From Clostridia bacterium (GTDB lineage Bacteria; Bacillota; Clostridia; Oscillospirales; Butyricicoccaceae), in contig JAFQKM010000036.1 in the NCBI GenBank assembly GCA_017396925.1, positions 1-37,691 on the forward strand: a stretch of DNA of 37,691 nt. The letters are read 5' to 3'. A program made the position numbers and the translations under genes. The notes beneath the pieces were generated by a model that did not search any database, had not been told where the DNA came from, and saw only the letters and a program-made list of their open reading frames with translations. Shown here piece by piece: positions 1-7,994 of this stretch (position 1 is its first letter; the number at the start of each line of letters is the position of its first letter).

Positions 1-1005
1 CTGGGACAAAGCCATGAACTGCTCGTCGAGTGTTGCGCCGGACTCGTCGACCAGGTTCTCGAAGTAGCGTGTGCCGGTGCACATCTCTTCGCAGACAACA
101 GCGCCGCCGCTGGTCTCTACGATGTTATGCAGCTTCCAGTTGGGAACAGCCATGGGGGTACCTGTGATCAGGATACGCTTTGTGCCGGCAGGAACAACGG
201 ATACGCCGTCGGCAATGCGCTTCTCCAGCTCATCGGCCAGACGGTTGCACATCTGGGCACAGCGGACAGGATCATCAAAGAAGGAGATCTGTGTCATCAG
301 CAGGGCGTCGCGGCCGGAAATGGGCAGGCACTCCGACTTGCGGCAATCGTATACACGCTGCAGAGCCTTGCGCTTTTCGTTGTGGATCTTGATGGATTCT
401 GCCAGATTTTCGGGTGTGATCTGGTTGCCGGTAAACTCTTCGACGATCTTGGCAAACTCGGCAATTTCTTCCTTCCACTTGAGGATATCCTTTTCACGCT
501 TCATCTGGGGAACGTCCATGATGTGCATGGGAACGTCCTGACCCAGGATCTCATAGGCCTTCTTCTTGCCATCGCAGGTGGTCTCGCCGACATACATATC
601 GGCAATACGGAAGAAGGGGCATGTCTTGCCGAGACGTGCGCCGACCGATGCCTTAACCAGGGGGCACATGCTTCTGGGCAGAACGGCTTCGCCATCGGGA
701 ACCCAGAACTGGGAGCCGCCGCACAGGCCGGTAACGATACCCTTGGCAGCAACGATGACTTCGTCGGGGACATAAACGCAGAAGGTACCGAAGACCTTGC
801 GGCCTTCCTTCTGTGCTTCGATCAGCTCAGCGGGACGGATGCCGTGAACTTCCGAGATAACGAGATCCCAGAAATCCATGCCCTGAGGACGGTTTTCCTG
901 CGACAGGAAAACGTCGCCGACAGCGGTGGGGAGTACCTGGCAGAGCAGGTCGTGATTCTCCAGATCCATGCCGAGATCTTTCCACATTTCAACGTAGTTG
1001 GACAT
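1..1005 (-). CDS. 2-hydroxyacyl-CoA dehydratase-family / double-cubane-cluster (DCCP-type) anaerobic reductase. The N-terminal 335 codons are present and the C-terminus lies beyond the left edge.
   Basis: Not in the ORF track because it runs off the window edge. My own reverse-complement translation starts at ATG 1005-1003, with AGGAGG about 9 nt upstream on the minus strand. It gives MSNYVEMWKDLGMDLENHDLLCQVLPTAVGDVFLSQENRPQGMDFWDL...GTFCVYVPDEVIVAA...CPLVKASVGARLGKTCPFFRIADMYVGETTCDGKKKAYE...GTPMAVPNWKLHNIVETSGGAVVCEEMCTG, open to position 1. I recall the Cys pattern and N-terminus as the HgdB/BcrB-like DCCP family. The + ORFs 71-541 and 127-2229 are antisense shadows. Confidence 0.7.
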   Translation of the reverse strand, partial: MSNYVEMWKDLGMDLENHDLLCQVLPTAVGDVFLSQENRPQGMDFWDLVISEVHGIRPAELIEAQKEGRKVFGTFCVYVPDEVIVAAKGIVTGLCGGSQFWVPDGEAVLPRSMCPLVKASVGARLGKTCPFFRIADMYVGETTCDGKKKAYEILGQDVPMHIMDVPQMKREKDILKWKEEIAEFAKIVEEFTGNQITPENLAESIKIHNEKRKALQRVYDCRKSECLPISGRDALLMTQISFFDDPVRCAQMCNRLADELEKRIADGVSVVPAGTKRILITGTPMAVPNWKLHNIVETSGGAVVCEEMCTGTRYFENLVDESGATLDEQFMALSQ

Positions 1006-1071
1006 AAATGGTTTCCTCCTTCAAATAATCAGTTCTTTCTCTCTCTTGTATATCGGGGGAATTACAAGCCT

Positions 1072-2211
1072 TTATTCTTCAACGGCCAGTTCGGCAACGG
1101 CGCGGATGGCTTCGTCGATTTCTTCCTCGGTGTTGAACCAGGAGATGCTGAAGCGGATGGCGCCCTGGGCAGTAGTGCCGAGCGCCTGATGCAGGCGAGG
1201 AGCACAGTGGGCACCGGCGCGGGTGGCGATGCCGTAATCTTCCGAAAGGGCATCGGAGACCATCGACGAATCGTAATCACGGATGTTCAGTGTGACGATG
1301 GCGGTACGGGGCTGGGTAAAATCGCCATAGACGGTAACGCCTTCGATTTTGGAAACGCCTTCATAGAAGCGCATCATCAGGGCATGCTCTTTGGCCTCGA
1401 TGGCTTCGACGGTAACTTCTTCCAGATAATCCAGAGCAGCCGACAGGCCGGCAATGCCATGGCCGTTGAGTGTGCCGGCTTCCAGACAGGAGGGGAACTC
1501 GACAGGCTGGTGCTTGTTGTAGGACTGAATGCCCGAGCCGCCAACCTTGAAGGGGCGCAGGGTCAGACCGTCGCGGACACAGAGACCACCGGTGCCCTGA
1601 GGACCCATCAGACCCTTGTGACCTGTGAAGCAGAGGATATCGATATTCATAGCTTCTATATCGATATTTGCGGCGCCGGCAGTCTGAGAAGCGTCGACGA
1701 TGAGCAGCAGGTTGTGGGCCTTGGCGATCTGACCGATACGAACCAGATCCAGTTTGGTGCCCAGCAGGTTGGAAGCATGGGTGCAGACGATGGCACTGGT
1801 TTCGGGTGTGATCAGCTTTTCAAAATCAGCATAGTCAATATTGCCCTGCTTGTCGGCGGGAACGAAGGAGAGCTTGACACCCTGTTCTTCTTCCAGGCGA
1901 TAGAGGGGACGGAGGACCGAATTGTGCTCCAGATCGGTGGAGATAACATGGCTGCCGGCAGGAATGGCGCCGGTGATGGCGATGTTGAGGGACTCGGTGG
2001 AATTGCAGGTGAAGATTACATGGTCGGGAGACTTGCAGCCAAACAATTTGGCCAGTTTGCATCGGGCGTCGTAGACCGTACGGGAAGCCTGCAGCGCACT
2101 GCCGTGGGCGCCGCGGGAGGCATTGCCCATGGAAGTCATGGCAGCAACAACGGCATCGATGACCGGCTGGGGCTTGATCATGGTGGTGGCGGCATTATCG
2201 AGATAGATCAT
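1072..2211 (-). CDS. class-V aminotransferase-fold cysteine desulfurase / selenocysteine-lyase-type enzyme
   Basis: 379-aa ORF. It has the N-terminus MIYLDNAATT, the PLP-lysine context FTGHKGLMGP and the persulfide-Cys loop ATRAGAHCAP typical of NifS/SufS/CsdA-type enzymes. RBS AGAAAGGA lies upstream. It sits 66 nt upstream of the DCCP-like gene on the same strand. Confidence 0.9.
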   Translation of the reverse strand: MIYLDNAATTMIKPQPVIDAVVAAMTSMGNASRGAHGSALQASRTVYDARCKLAKLFGCKSPDHVIFTCNSTESLNIAITGAIPAGSHVISTDLEHNSVLRPLYRLEEEQGVKLSFVPADKQGNIDYADFEKLITPETSAIVCTHASNLLGTKLDLVRIGQIAKAHNLLLIVDASQTAGAANIDIEAMNIDILCFTGHKGLMGPQGTGGLCVRDGLTLRPFKVGGSGIQSYNKHQPVEFPSCLEAGTLNGHGIAGLSAALDYLEEVTVEAIEAKEHALMMRFYEGVSKIEGVTVYGDFTQPRTAIVTLNIRDYDSSMVSDALSEDYGIATRAGAHCAPRLHQALGTTAQGAIRFSISWFNTEEEIDEAIRAVAELAVEE

Positions 2212-2229
2212 GACGATGGTCCTTTCTGA

Positions 2230-2466
2230 TTACAGTTCGATAACCTGAATGGAGGCATATTTGGTGCCGGCAGCATTCATCTTTTCGGTGAACAGGGCTT
2301 CATGATCGGCAGGCGCCTTCCAGGCCAGACCGCAGCCGGCTTTAAGGGCGCCGGGAATGGGAATCAGACGGCCGGGCAGATCGTTCTGCTTGCAGAATGT
2401 TTCCATAGCAATGGCATCGGGTGTATTGGCAAAGGTAACAATCAGGGCGGGTTCTTTGGCTTTCAT
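2230..2466 (-). CDS. DUF3343 family protein (putative Se/S carrier-like)
   Basis: The track ORF is 2230-2544. I place the start at MKAKEPALIVTF (ATG 2466-2464), preceded by GAGAGGAAT. The small roughly 78-aa protein carries the characteristic KAGCGLAW Cys-Gly motif. An 18-nt gap separates it from the desulfurase gene. Confidence 0.7.
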   Translation of the reverse strand: MKAKEPALIVTFANTPDAIAMETFCKQNDLPGRLIPIPGALKAGCGLAWKAPADHEALFTEKMNAAGTKYASIQVIEL

Positions 2467-2673
2467 AATAGATTCCTCTCTGTTCTTTGGTTTTTTTATA
2501 TAAATATAGGTGTTGATACTACTTAAAGGATAGCATAGGGGCATTTTATTTTGAAATTGTTTTTTTAAATCTCTTTATGATATATTATTGGTTTTTTCGA
2601 TAAATATATCTATCCAGAAGAAAACATGCTATGATAAAATCTACAGAAATATGCATGAAAGGGTGATAGAATC

Positions 2674-3525
2674 GTGATACGAGATTTTCCCTGCACGCAT
2701 TTGCAGGATGGAGCAGAGGTTCTGTTGGAAGCTTCGTTATTGCCGGTGCCCGATATTCATCTGTATGCCGATGCTATGGGGGCATTTGCACTGGAAGTCA
2801 GGGAAAAGACGAATGCGCCCTGGTGTATGCTGCCCTTCTGCCATACCGTTGAAGCCGAGACCTTAGGCGCTAAGGTGCGCTATGGCGATCGGAAAAACGG
2901 CCCTCGTGTCGTGGATTATGCCTGCAGCACTCTGGATGATCTGCTGACCCTTCCGGACATGGATTTTACCCAAGGTCGTATCGCACAGGTGCTGGCCGCG
3001 TGCAGGGAACTGCATCGCAGGGGAGAGACCGTGATTTTGGAGATCACAGGCCCCTTTACTTTGCTGGGTGGTCTGATCGATCCGGCTTTGCTGTTCCGAT
3101 TCCTTCGAAAAGAACCCGAAAAGATGGAGCAGGTATTTGCCCATCTGCATCGTAATCTTCTGGCTTATATGCAGGCCGCCCAGGAAAGCGGCGTATCGAT
3201 CATCAGCTATGCCGATCCGACCGGCGGCGTCAACATCATCGGTCCCAAGCTGGCCGAACAGATGGTGCGCAGCTTTACCTTACCCCTTCTGCAAGGGATG
3301 GAGGACAGGCTTCATCCGGAAACTCTTGTTCATCTCTGTCCAAAGACAGCTTTTGCCCTGCTGGATACCGGCCTGGCGCAGAGCACTGCATTGCCTGTAT
3401 CAGCCCAAGCGGATTATGCCGCGGCTGTTCTGTCGGCACGGGGGAAATGCCGATTTGTCGGCCATGGCTGTATTAAAAATCACAAGTTCCGGTCGAATGG
3501 CCTCAATGGCCTGACCCTTTTATAG
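2674..3525 (+). CDS. URO-D/MtaA-family methyltransferase paralogue, shortened at both ends
   Basis: 283-aa ORF with a GTG start and AAGGGTG upstream. It aligns by eye with the next gene: CHTVEAETLGAKV vs CMTVEAEAMGAKV, ITGPFTLLGGL vs LTGPVSTASSL, ISYADPTGG vs AISDPSGTG, and HxC as VHLCPK vs VHICGQ. It lacks roughly 20 N-terminal and 35 C-terminal residues relative to that gene. Confidence 0.65.
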   Translation: MIRDFPCTHLQDGAEVLLEASLLPVPDIHLYADAMGAFALEVREKTNAPWCMLPFCHTVEAETLGAKVRYGDRKNGPRVVDYACSTLDDLLTLPDMDFTQGRIAQVLAACRELHRRGETVILEITGPFTLLGGLIDPALLFRFLRKEPEKMEQVFAHLHRNLLAYMQAAQESGVSIISYADPTGGVNIIGPKLAEQMVRSFTLPLLQGMEDRLHPETLVHLCPKTAFALLDTGLAQSTALPVSAQADYAAAVLSARGKCRFVGHGCIKNHKFRSNGLNGLTLL

Positions 3526-3536
3526 AGGAGACATTT

Positions 3537-4550
3537 ATGAATCCCAGAGAACGATTGCTCCATACCATTGAAAAAGCAGAAATCGACCGTCCGGCCTGCA
3601 TCTGCCCGGGCGGTATGATGAATATGATCACTGCCGAGCTGATGGAAAGCTGCGGCGTAAGCCTGCCTGCGGCCCATTCAGATGCACGCATGATGGCCGA
3701 TCTGGCAAAAGCCGCCTATACATCGGGCTGTTTTGAAAATGTCGGCGTGCCCTTCTGCATGACCGTCGAGGCCGAAGCCATGGGCGCCAAGGTGACCATG
3801 GGCTCCAATATTGTCGAGCCTCATGTTTCGGAATATGTCATCAATACGGTTTCCGACCATACCAAGCTGCCCTGTGTAGACCATACTGCCGGCAGAGCAG
3901 GCATTACTGTTGAAGCCATTCGCCTGCTGCGTGAAGAACTTCGTGAGGTTCCCATTGTTGGCAATCTGACCGGTCCGGTCAGCACAGCCAGCTCTTTGAT
4001 CGAGCCGACCGTCTTTTTCAAGGAACTTCGTAAGAAAAACGCCGATGCGCACGCCTTTATGGCCTTTGTGACCGATCAGCTGATCGCGTTCGGCCTGGCT
4101 CAGATCGAAGCCGGCGCCGATGTCATTGCCATTTCCGATCCCAGCGGCACGGGTGAGATCCTCGGCCCCAGATATTTTGAAGAGTTTACCGTACAGTATC
4201 TCAATCGTCTGATCGCGCCGCTCAAGGCAGCGGGTGCCAAAGTCATCGTTCATATCTGCGGACAGATGCGCCAGGTATATCCCCAGGCGAATAAAATTGA
4301 GAGCGATGTACTCAGCTTCGACTCTATTGTGCCCATTCGCGAGGCGCGGCCGGCGCTGCCCGATCGTGTGCTTATGGGCAATATAAGCACCTATACGCTG
4401 GAGTTCGGCGAGCCTGAAAAGATCGCTGTTATGACAAACTTTGCTGCCGATAACGGCTTCGATATTATCTCTCCGGCCTGCGGACTGGGTATGCGCTCGC
4501 CGCTTGGAAATATCCGCGCCATGCTGGAGACGCTGAAGGAGCGTGGATAA
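3537..4550 (+). CDS. MtaA/CmuA-type (URO-D fold) methylcobamide methyltransferase
   Basis: 337 aa with RBS GAGGAG. It has the URO-D-family core and a MtaA-type Zn site: H-x-C (VHICGQ) plus a distal Cys (ISPACGLG). Confidence 0.85.
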   Translation: MNPRERLLHTIEKAEIDRPACICPGGMMNMITAELMESCGVSLPAAHSDARMMADLAKAAYTSGCFENVGVPFCMTVEAEAMGAKVTMGSNIVEPHVSEYVINTVSDHTKLPCVDHTAGRAGITVEAIRLLREELREVPIVGNLTGPVSTASSLIEPTVFFKELRKKNADAHAFMAFVTDQLIAFGLAQIEAGADVIAISDPSGTGEILGPRYFEEFTVQYLNRLIAPLKAAGAKVIVHICGQMRQVYPQANKIESDVLSFDSIVPIREARPALPDRVLMGNISTYTLEFGEPEKIAVMTNFAADNGFDIISPACGLGMRSPLGNIRAMLETLKERG

Positions 4551-6137
4551 ATGCCGGTTCTGCACATTCTGGAAAACGGCCGACGAATCCATTGTGAAAC
4601 GGGGGAAAACCTGCTTCAGGTGCTCCATAAGGCCGAAGTCTTTATTGAAAATCCCTGTAATGGCACCGGTGTCTGCGGCAAATGCCGTGTACGCATTCTG
4701 AGTGGTGAAGCTTCCCCGATGGAAGCCACCGAACGCAGGCTGCTGAAAGAAGAGGAAATTGATAGGAGTATCCGTCTGGCCTGCCTTACCCGTGTTGTCG
4801 GCGATCTCGATCTCGAACTGCCCCGTCAGGAGCGCGGCAATCAGATGCTGACCAAGGGATATCTGCCCGACTTTACACGGGACTCGTTTGATGGCGGCTG
4901 TGGTGTTGCCATCGATATCGGCACAACAACGGTGGTTGTTTCGCTGATCGACCTGCAGACCGGGGAAGAGCTTGCTTCGGCTTCCCAGATCAATGCTCAG
5001 AAGCGATTTGGTCTGGACGTCCTTACCCGTATCACCTATGAATACGAGCATCCAGAGGCGGCTGCATCCGAACTGCAGAAGGCCATTGTCGAGCAGTTGG
5101 ATAACCTGATTCTGCAGGCTTGCCGGGATGCCGGACGTGCAGAACAGGAGATCCGTACAGTTACAGTAGCTGCCAATTGCACCATGACCCATATGCTGCT
5201 TGGTGTGGACGCCCGCCCGCTGGGACGCGCACCGTACACACCGGTTTTTAAGGCGGCACAGACCTTGAAATGTGAAGAAATCGGGCTGAAATCCTGTAAA
5301 GGTGCAAAGCTTTACTGCCTGCCGCAGGTCTCTGCTTATATCGGTTCGGATATCGTTGCAGGCGCACATGTCTGCAATATGCAGAAGGAAAAGGGGAATG
5401 TCCTCTTTATTGATATCGGCACCAACGGTGAGATCGTTCTGGCCAGTGGCGGCAGGCTGCTCTGCTGCTCCTGTGCAGCAGGCCCGGCCCTGGAGGGCAC
5501 CAATATCAGCTGCGGTATGCGTGCGGCCGAAGGCGCTGTCGAGGAGATTCGGATCCTGCCGGAACAGACCGAGCTGAAGGTGATCGGCGATACCCATGCC
5601 GTCGGCCTTTGCGGCAGCGGCATTCTGGCGGCTGTTCGCGAACTGCTGGATAAAGGCTTTGTCAAACCTTCGGGTGTATTTATTAAAAAGAGCGATTCCG
5701 GCCCGGGAGCCGACGCGCGGCTATTCCTGCGGGGAACCAAGCGCGCATTCCGGCTGGAGGGCGGTCTGATCATCACGCAGGATGATGTCCGGCAGGTTCA
5801 GCTGGCCAAAGGGGCCATTCTTTCCGGCTTTATGGCACTTCTGCGCAAGGCCGGAATCGGCATGGAGGATCTGGACAAGGTTCTGATCGCCGGTCAGTTC
5901 GGCGCACATCTGCCGGTCGATTCCCTTGTCGGCACCGGTATTCTGCCACCCGAAGTTGCAGATAAGCTGGTCTATGTGGGCAACTCGTCCAAAACCGGCG
6001 CCTATATGGCAATGATGTCGGATACCGAACGCAGATCCATGGAGCAGTTGGCCGAAAACATGGAATATATGGAGCTGGCCGAAACACAGGATTATGAAAG
6101 TCTGTTTGCGGGATGTATGATCTTCCCGAAAAAATAA
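4551..6137 (+). CDS. corrinoid reductive activase (RACE-type; 2Fe-2S ferredoxin + ASKHA ATPase)
   Basis: 528 aa. The N-terminus has plant-type ferredoxin cysteines (NPCNGTGVCGKCRV...RLACL). ASKHA phosphate motifs GVAIDIGTTTVV and LFIDIGTNGEIV are present. The ATG directly abuts the preceding TAA (4548-4553). Confidence 0.85.
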   Translation: MPVLHILENGRRIHCETGENLLQVLHKAEVFIENPCNGTGVCGKCRVRILSGEASPMEATERRLLKEEEIDRSIRLACLTRVVGDLDLELPRQERGNQMLTKGYLPDFTRDSFDGGCGVAIDIGTTTVVVSLIDLQTGEELASASQINAQKRFGLDVLTRITYEYEHPEAAASELQKAIVEQLDNLILQACRDAGRAEQEIRTVTVAANCTMTHMLLGVDARPLGRAPYTPVFKAAQTLKCEEIGLKSCKGAKLYCLPQVSAYIGSDIVAGAHVCNMQKEKGNVLFIDIGTNGEIVLASGGRLLCCSCAAGPALEGTNISCGMRAAEGAVEEIRILPEQTELKVIGDTHAVGLCGSGILAAVRELLDKGFVKPSGVFIKKSDSGPGADARLFLRGTKRAFRLEGGLIITQDDVRQVQLAKGAILSGFMALLRKAGIGMEDLDKVLIAGQFGAHLPVDSLVGTGILPPEVADKLVYVGNSSKTGAYMAMMSDTERRSMEQLAENMEYMELAETQDYESLFAGCMIFPKK

Positions 6138-6164
6138 AAATAGGAGCGCACGGAGGATATAGAG

Positions 6165-6812
6165 ATGGAAAAAGAAAAACTGTTTGCGGCCATTGCCGAA
6201 AACATTGTCGAAATGGAAGATGAAACCGTTGAGGAACTGTGCCAGCAGGCATTGGACGAAGGCATCGATGCTGCCGAGACCATCAACGAAGGTCTGATCC
6301 CCGGCATGGATAAGGTCGGCGATCTGTATGAGAGCGGAGAATACTTCCTTCCCGAAGTCCTGACCGCATCCTATGCCATGAATGTGGGCATCGATGTTCT
6401 CAAGCCTCATATCAAGCAGGAAGAGAACGGCGAAAAGATCGGCGTTGTCATTGGCGTTGTCGAAGGCGATACCCACGATATCGGCAAAAATCTGGTTCGC
6501 ATCATGAGCGAATCGGGTGGCTTTGAAGTCTGGGATCTGGGCCGCGATGTTCCGCTGGATGATTTTATTACCACAGCCGAAGAAAAGAATGCCGATTTTA
6601 TCTGCATGTCCACACTGATGACCACCACCATGGGCGGCATGAAAACCGTTATTGAAAAGCTTAAGGAAAAGGGCATTCGCGACAAGTACAAGGTCATGAT
6701 CGGCGGCGGCCCCATTTCGCAGAAGTTTGCCGATGAGATCGGTGCGGATGCCTACACAACCGATGCAGCTTCTGCCGTTAAGAAGATGAAGGAACTGAAG
6801 GGAGCAAAGTAA
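6165..6812 (+). CDS. B12-binding corrinoid protein (MtaC/MtbC/MttC-like)
   Basis: 215 aa with a helical cap plus Rossmann domain. The lower-ligand motif D-x-H-x-x-G appears as GDTHDIGKN (D102/H104/G107). RBS GGAGGA. Confidence 0.9.
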   Translation: MEKEKLFAAIAENIVEMEDETVEELCQQALDEGIDAAETINEGLIPGMDKVGDLYESGEYFLPEVLTASYAMNVGIDVLKPHIKQEENGEKIGVVIGVVEGDTHDIGKNLVRIMSESGGFEVWDLGRDVPLDDFITTAEEKNADFICMSTLMTTTMGGMKTVIEKLKEKGIRDKYKVMIGGGPISQKFADEIGADAYTTDAASAVKKMKELKGAK

Positions 6813-6815
6813 GCT

Positions 6816-7913
6816 ATGGATCTGATCGCAAGCTACCTCCACGGTCTGGAGGTCCCCAAGGATGAACTGACCAGCCTGGAACGTACCACACTGTACGGTC
6901 AGGGCAAGCCGGTCGACCGCATTCCCGCCAGCCTGGACGGCGGCGAAACCATGTCCTATCTGGTAGGCGCCGGCATGGACGAGTATTATTTCTCGTCGGA
7001 GATCATGGCACAGGTCGAAGAATATATTCATCGCAAGTTTGGCTCCGACGGTGCCGGTATTTCCACATCACTCCGCGGCATGGCCGAAGCCATGGGTTCG
7101 GAGATCAAATATTCCAAAAACAATGTTGCACAGCTGGCCAAGCCCGCACTCCATCTCAGCGAGGTTGACAATGCCAAGCTGGTCGATGTCGATAAGGACG
7201 GCCGTCTGCCCATCATTCTTGATGCTGTCAGAAAGGTCAAGGATCGTCTGGGCAAAGAAGTGTCGGTCAGCGCATCGGTCACCGGCCCTCTGTCGATCGC
7301 TGCCATGGTTCTGGGCACCGAACAGCTGCTGATCGGCATGATCAAGAAGCCCGAAAAGGTCCATCAGCTGATGGAGGTCATCGTCGAGAACAACAACCGT
7401 CTGATCAAGCGCCTGGTCGAAATGGGCGTCAGCATCGGTTTCCCCGATCCCGTCAGTTCGACTGCTCTGATCAGCGTCGAGCAATACCGCAAGTTCTCGC
7501 TGCCTTATTTCAAGAAGAATGTCGATTATGTCAAGAGTCTCGGCGGCGGCTGCGGCCTGCATATCTGCGGCACCAGCCGTAAGCTGTGGGAAGATCTGCG
7601 CGACACCGGCATCGGCGCTTTCAGCCTCGACAATGTCGAAAGCCTGGAAGAGGCCAAGATCGTTCTCGGCGGCACCATGGGTATCCAGGGTAATGTTCCG
7701 CCTGTTGATGTCATGAAGCTGGGCACATCGCACGATGTTCTGCGTGCAGCCCGTGAATGCATTCGCCAGGGCTGGGATTCGCCCAACGGCTTTACCCTGA
7801 CATCCGGCTGCCAGATGCCGGCTAATACACCCGAGGAAAATATGCAGGCCCTGATGGATGCCGCCCGTATCTTTGGCCGCTGGCCCATCGACCCCGAAAA
7901 GCTGATCGGTTAG
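6816..7913 (+). CDS. URO-D-family methyltransferase (third paralogue; candidate substrate:corrinoid MT)
   Basis: 365 aa starting 3 nt after the corrinoid protein stop. It has the URO-D-like core (VTGPLSIAAMVLG, GFPDPVSS) and Zn-site-like LHICGTS plus TSGCQMP. It has a longer, divergent N-terminus. Confidence 0.8.
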   Translation: MDLIASYLHGLEVPKDELTSLERTTLYGQGKPVDRIPASLDGGETMSYLVGAGMDEYYFSSEIMAQVEEYIHRKFGSDGAGISTSLRGMAEAMGSEIKYSKNNVAQLAKPALHLSEVDNAKLVDVDKDGRLPIILDAVRKVKDRLGKEVSVSASVTGPLSIAAMVLGTEQLLIGMIKKPEKVHQLMEVIVENNNRLIKRLVEMGVSIGFPDPVSSTALISVEQYRKFSLPYFKKNVDYVKSLGGGCGLHICGTSRKLWEDLRDTGIGAFSLDNVESLEEAKIVLGGTMGIQGNVPPVDVMKLGTSHDVLRAARECIRQGWDSPNGFTLTSGCQMPANTPEENMQALMDAARIFGRWPIDPEKLIG

Positions 7914-7945
7914 CCCATTTTGCACAGAAAAAAGTATAGACAAAA

Positions 7946-7978
7946 TAAAAAACGGACCGACAAACGGTCCGTTTTTTA
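7946..7978. terminator. bidirectional intrinsic terminator between convergent genes
   Basis: The stem AACGGACCG (7951-7959) pairs with CGGTCCGTT (7965-7973) around the loop ACAAA. An A-run lies 5' and a T-run 3'. Confidence 0.85.
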
Positions 7979-7994
7979 TATATTACCGGTTCTG

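Noticed and set aside
127-2229. 700-aa + strand ORF (and 71-541) spanning the first 2.2 kb
   Set aside because: It is fully antisense to two genes with unmistakable family motifs, the DCCP-like gene and the cysteine desulfurase. Its product is G/D/A/L/I/Q-rich with no recognisable motif. This is the typical shadow ORF produced by G/C-ending codon bias.
2545-2673. Possible cobalamin riboswitch ahead of the corrinoid methyltransferase operon
   Set aside because: The spacer is only 129 nt of AT-rich sequence. I saw no B12-box-like GC-rich core. This needs an Infernal scan to be certain.
3678-5597. 639-aa minus-strand ORF
   Set aside because: It is antisense to the MtaA-like and RACE genes, has no RBS or motifs, and shows shadow-ORF composition.
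5721-7943. Minus-strand ORFs 5721-7031 (436 aa) and 7068-7943 (291 aa)
   Set aside because: They are antisense to the RACE, corrinoid-protein and third methyltransferase genes. The sense strand carries DxHxxG, ASKHA and URO-D motifs.
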